From Candidatus Parvarchaeota archaeon (GTDB lineage: Archaea; Nanobdellota; Nanobdellia; Parvarchaeales; Parvarchaeaceae), in the NCBI GenBank assembly GCA_023378805.1, contig JAMCSQ010000044.1, forward strand, positions 1 through 49,520: a stretch of 49,520 nucleotides of DNA, in the 5' to 3' direction. The notes beneath the pieces were generated by a model. The model did no database searches, had not been told where the DNA came from, and saw nothing but the letters and a program-made list of their open reading frames with translations. This document shows positions 47,801 to 49,520 of this stretch, piece by piece. The position numbers were made by a program, and so were the translations under genes. Numbering within the stretch: the first letter of the stretch is position 1; each line of letters begins with the position of its first letter.

Positions 47801-49520
47801 GAAGTAGTTTCCGCGTCAACTCCGTTAACTTGAAATGAATTACCTACCCAGCCACCACCATTTTCATTTGGCGAATTATCTGCATGCCAAGATTGATTAT
47901 TATATTGAGTTAAAGCTACGGGGACCATTCTAAAATTAGCGGTATCAAAGCCGCTTAAATTAGCATAACTTTCAACAACTACGGGACTGGTAATCTGATA
48001 TGCTGAAGTGGAAATATATGTGTAGCTGCCCGTTACGGCATTGTACGGTATTGTTTCAGTAAGTCCATTATCTACTGTAATTATTCCATTACTTGTTCCA
48101 GATGCCCATTTGGTTGTGTTTAATTTCGTTCCTTTAAAATCACTATAAAAGTTGAATACATTAGCTCCGTCATCGTATTCTGCATACGTTGGTGATAATT
48201 GCGGAGCTTCTCCTGTTGTCTTATTGTTGAATAAGTCAGTGATATTGGAAGCAAAACCTATCGCTATGTCAGTTAGAGTAGCATTTGCAGGTATGCCATT
48301 CGGTAATTTTATCCAGAATATGGCATACTTTGAAGTATAATTCTCAAGCCAGCTGTCTATTACACTGCCATTTAATGTATCAAAGAACTCCACGTTTTGG
48401 AAGGCATAACGCCCAGTCTGATTGATATATTTACCATTTGAGGAGTTTATAGTCAAATTAATCATCTGCTGGAACGGCTGGGGGGTAGCAGAAATTTGGG
48501 AGTTGGTGATATTTAACACGGTGTACTTGTAAATGCTCTGAGGAGTAAATATACTATGTTTCGAGAAATTTATCATTAATTTACCAAACGAAATTGTATA
48601 ACCTGAAGAAGAATTTGGAACGTAAATTCTATTTGGGAAGGGTATATTATTGATACTATAACTGTAATTACCAAAATTATTTGTAATTTTTATCAAATTT
48701 GAGCTTGAATAATTTATCTTATTGCCGTATTTTACAGCCCAATTAGTATTAGTTGGAAGCCCCTGCTCCACAAATTCCTTGACACAAAGCCAATTTGACA
48801 GGTTATTATAGGCTCCTGCGTCTGCAACATTATTTGATGAACAGCTTAGATTTGATCCTGCAGAATAAACATAAATTCCCGAACCAGAGGAATTAGAATT
48901 TATTTTTATTGCATCCCCTGTTTTGTTACTCTTGTTTATTCCTCTGTAATCAACCCACCAATTACTGGCTTTAGGCAAAATACTTTGATTAAAGGTAGTG
49001 GTACAGTTCCAATTAGAAAAGACATACGTAGAGCCTGCTTCTACTGTCTTTGTCTGAGGATTGCAAGCCAAGGAGGTATTGGCTTTAGCAGTAAAGTTTC
49101 CAGGGTGCGTTGAAAAACTGAATATTGATCTAATAACGGTATAGTTGCTTATGGTTACGGTAGGCATTATTCCATTTGGGGGGTAGGCATTTGCTCTTGT
49201 CCAATAAATCGTATCTGTTATAGTCCCGCCTGACCCTGAGAAGAAATCAAACTCTAAATAGGATAAAGATTCTGCAGTGCTACTCGTGTAAGAATATGTT
49301 TTTCCATAATTTATTTGACCTGTCAGTTCTGTTGTTGAAAGGATGTTTGCGGTATACACACTATTTGAAGTTGGAGCTAATACTCCTGTATTTGTATCAC
49401 CTACCATAAAATTTACAGGACTACCACTGCCAATATTGAAATCCCAAGCCCCTACAAAGAAAAGCCCATTAGAAACACCAGTTGTAGAACTTGCTACACC
49501 CAAACTGTCTTGTGAGTTAT
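44860..49520 (-). CDS. Giant modular surface protein with DUF2341-like repeats (5' end outside window)
   Basis: Frame stays open to window edge; three PFQQM...SWLENYTS...GEAPQLS.TY.EYDDG modules and four PPNG(I/V)MP ends; N/S/T-rich. Confidence 0.85.
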   Translation of the reverse strand, partial: NSQDSLGVASSTTGVSNGLFFVGAWDFNIGSGSPVNFMVGDTNTGVLAPTSNSVYTANILSTTELTGQINYGKTYSYTSSTAESLSYLEFDFFSGSGGTITDTIYWTRANAYPPNGIMPTVTISNYTVIRSIFSFSTHPGNFTAKANTSLACNPQTKTVEAGSTYVFSNWNCTTTFNQSILPKASNWWVDYRGINKSNKTGDAIKINSNSSGSGIYVYSAGSNLSCSSNNVADAGAYNNLSNWLCVKEFVEQGLPTNTNWAVKYGNKINYSSSNLIKITNNFGNYSYSINNIPFPNRIYVPNSSSGYTISFGKLMINFSKHSIFTPQSIYKYTVLNITNSQISATPQPFQQMINLTINSSNGKYINQTGRYAFQNVEFFDTLNGSVIDSWLENYTSKYAIFWIKLPNGIPANATLTDIAIGFASNITDLFNNKTTGEAPQLSPTYAEYDDGANVFNFYSDFKGTKLNTTKWASGTSNGIITVDNGLTETIPYNAVTGSYTYISTSAYQITSPVVVESYANLSGFDTANFRMVPVALTQYNNQSWHADNSPNENGGGWVGNSFQVNGVDAETTSSSSYNGFVDSNYIPSNNNYNIFGVIYPDNGSFSVSYNSLSPYASTIDLVPTTPLYITISNWLNPSQTSFSTTYPINVEWLRIRAYPPNGVMPSVKLNALITKPINLFINGFSNNNITATYGKDSNFTVESYDHYVKLWETINSSVKSLTGFSKNISTDSGILAAGKIKVTGGSNSTDIGNISYYETINKANSYLNLTSIPKENYTSNGTNLIINASTFTINNQLSANLYINGVLNQTITSNALVNLGSYSGNYTIVLNSSGNKNYTADSITIKRTIYPSLASFLEYYIPINIKNMQHNATSQPFQQMVNFSYSAYKKYVNLSSGHDFQNLEFINMTNDKVIDSWLENYTSKYAIFWIKLPNGIPANATLTNIAIGFASNTTDLFNNKTTGEAPQLSPTYAEYDDGINVFNYYENFAGTSLPTGWTGSGYTVNNGVTVEPNYGISSNLKLQSSTDFIMDSFTDLYGSGTLYGNIGLAISTSSGSEAFGPGWNNGGIGFSRIGNNNNNGNGPYFNPEPSSGTYYVYSEYWVDSTSVPILYSYSNEITGGIDSAYLGTTLSPEISPDNNAYITTKWLRIRAYPPNGIMPTVEIPSLSLYLNGVVNANNSIINSSQSNFTAVASSNNYYVSIYVNGTEVAPLTKGKATYLKTLSAGLYKVTAHSNSSGILNVTYYERVLSSTVSFSDFQEYQELNISNTQSSATPSPFQQMVNVSSTDGSWTYINTSQTAAFGQNVEFFYANGTVIPSWLENYTSTNAIWWVKVGSIPANSKITIYMGLVNKTKNLFNAVNDGEAPQLSSTYTEYDDGANIFNNYWNFNGTSLPSGWVNANNGYGSVTVNNGITVASGALADISIPATSNIIEGYVDPTGATGTSKFDEVAVSWGIDGTSYNPYTYNSGFNWYSPGEPINTYNVYGMANNGSKAWWYFNFNQVQMVDTTISEPTLIGIGGGGSAGGTISAYWVLIRDFPPNGVMPSITFGSVS
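46586..46782. repeat. 197-bp intragenic direct repeat, copy 1
   Basis: 6 mismatches by manual comparison to 48167..48363; offset 1581 nt, in frame. Confidence 0.95.
48167..48363. repeat. 197-bp intragenic direct repeat, copy 2
   Basis: About 97% identical to 46586..46782. Confidence 0.95.

Noticed and set aside
307..48340. Many 60-185 aa ORFs antisense to or nested in confident genes (e.g. 36258..36815, 25291..25734, 46571..46759, 48152..48340)
   Set aside because: Shadow frames with antisense-type composition; similarity of the last two only mirrors the coding repeat.
46586..48363. 197-bp repeat pair as a DGR template/variable repeat
   Set aside because: The six mismatches are transitions not confined to adenines of one copy, both copies are in-frame coding, and no reverse transcriptase is in the window.

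Overview
AT-rich, gene-dense archaeal chromosomal segment with TATA-like boxes about 20-25 nt before many starts and frequent ATGA stop/start overlaps. Gene content suggests an acidophilic DPANN archaeon of the Parvarchaeota/Micrarchaeota type; this is an inference, as the window has no marker gene. About 55 CDS: glycerol/glycerophosphodiester catabolism (GDPD, GlpK, MFS, GlpA+CoxG, HAD-IIA), DNA/RNA metabolism (UvrD-nuclease fusion, Lhr+metallophosphoesterase, DEAD-box, Nth, Nudix, Dcd), redox/stress genes (SOD, Bcp, FMN reductase, AKR, orphan cytochrome b), transporters, and the 3' part of a giant modular surface protein. I found no rRNA, tRNA or CRISPR array. Most notable: (1) an unrecognised two-gene module of small 3-TM proteins present three times, always coupled by an ATGA overlap; (2) a 322-bp internally deleted IS200/IS605 (tnpB) element missed by the ORF track, 8 nt upstream of glpA; (3) a possible lipid-headgroup scavenging route; (4) mosaic near-identical DNA blocks flanking divergent domains in the surface protein; (5) a Rieske-less cytochrome b fusion; (6) two divergent nitrilase-fold paralogues. 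All family calls come from motifs read by eye; no searches were run.
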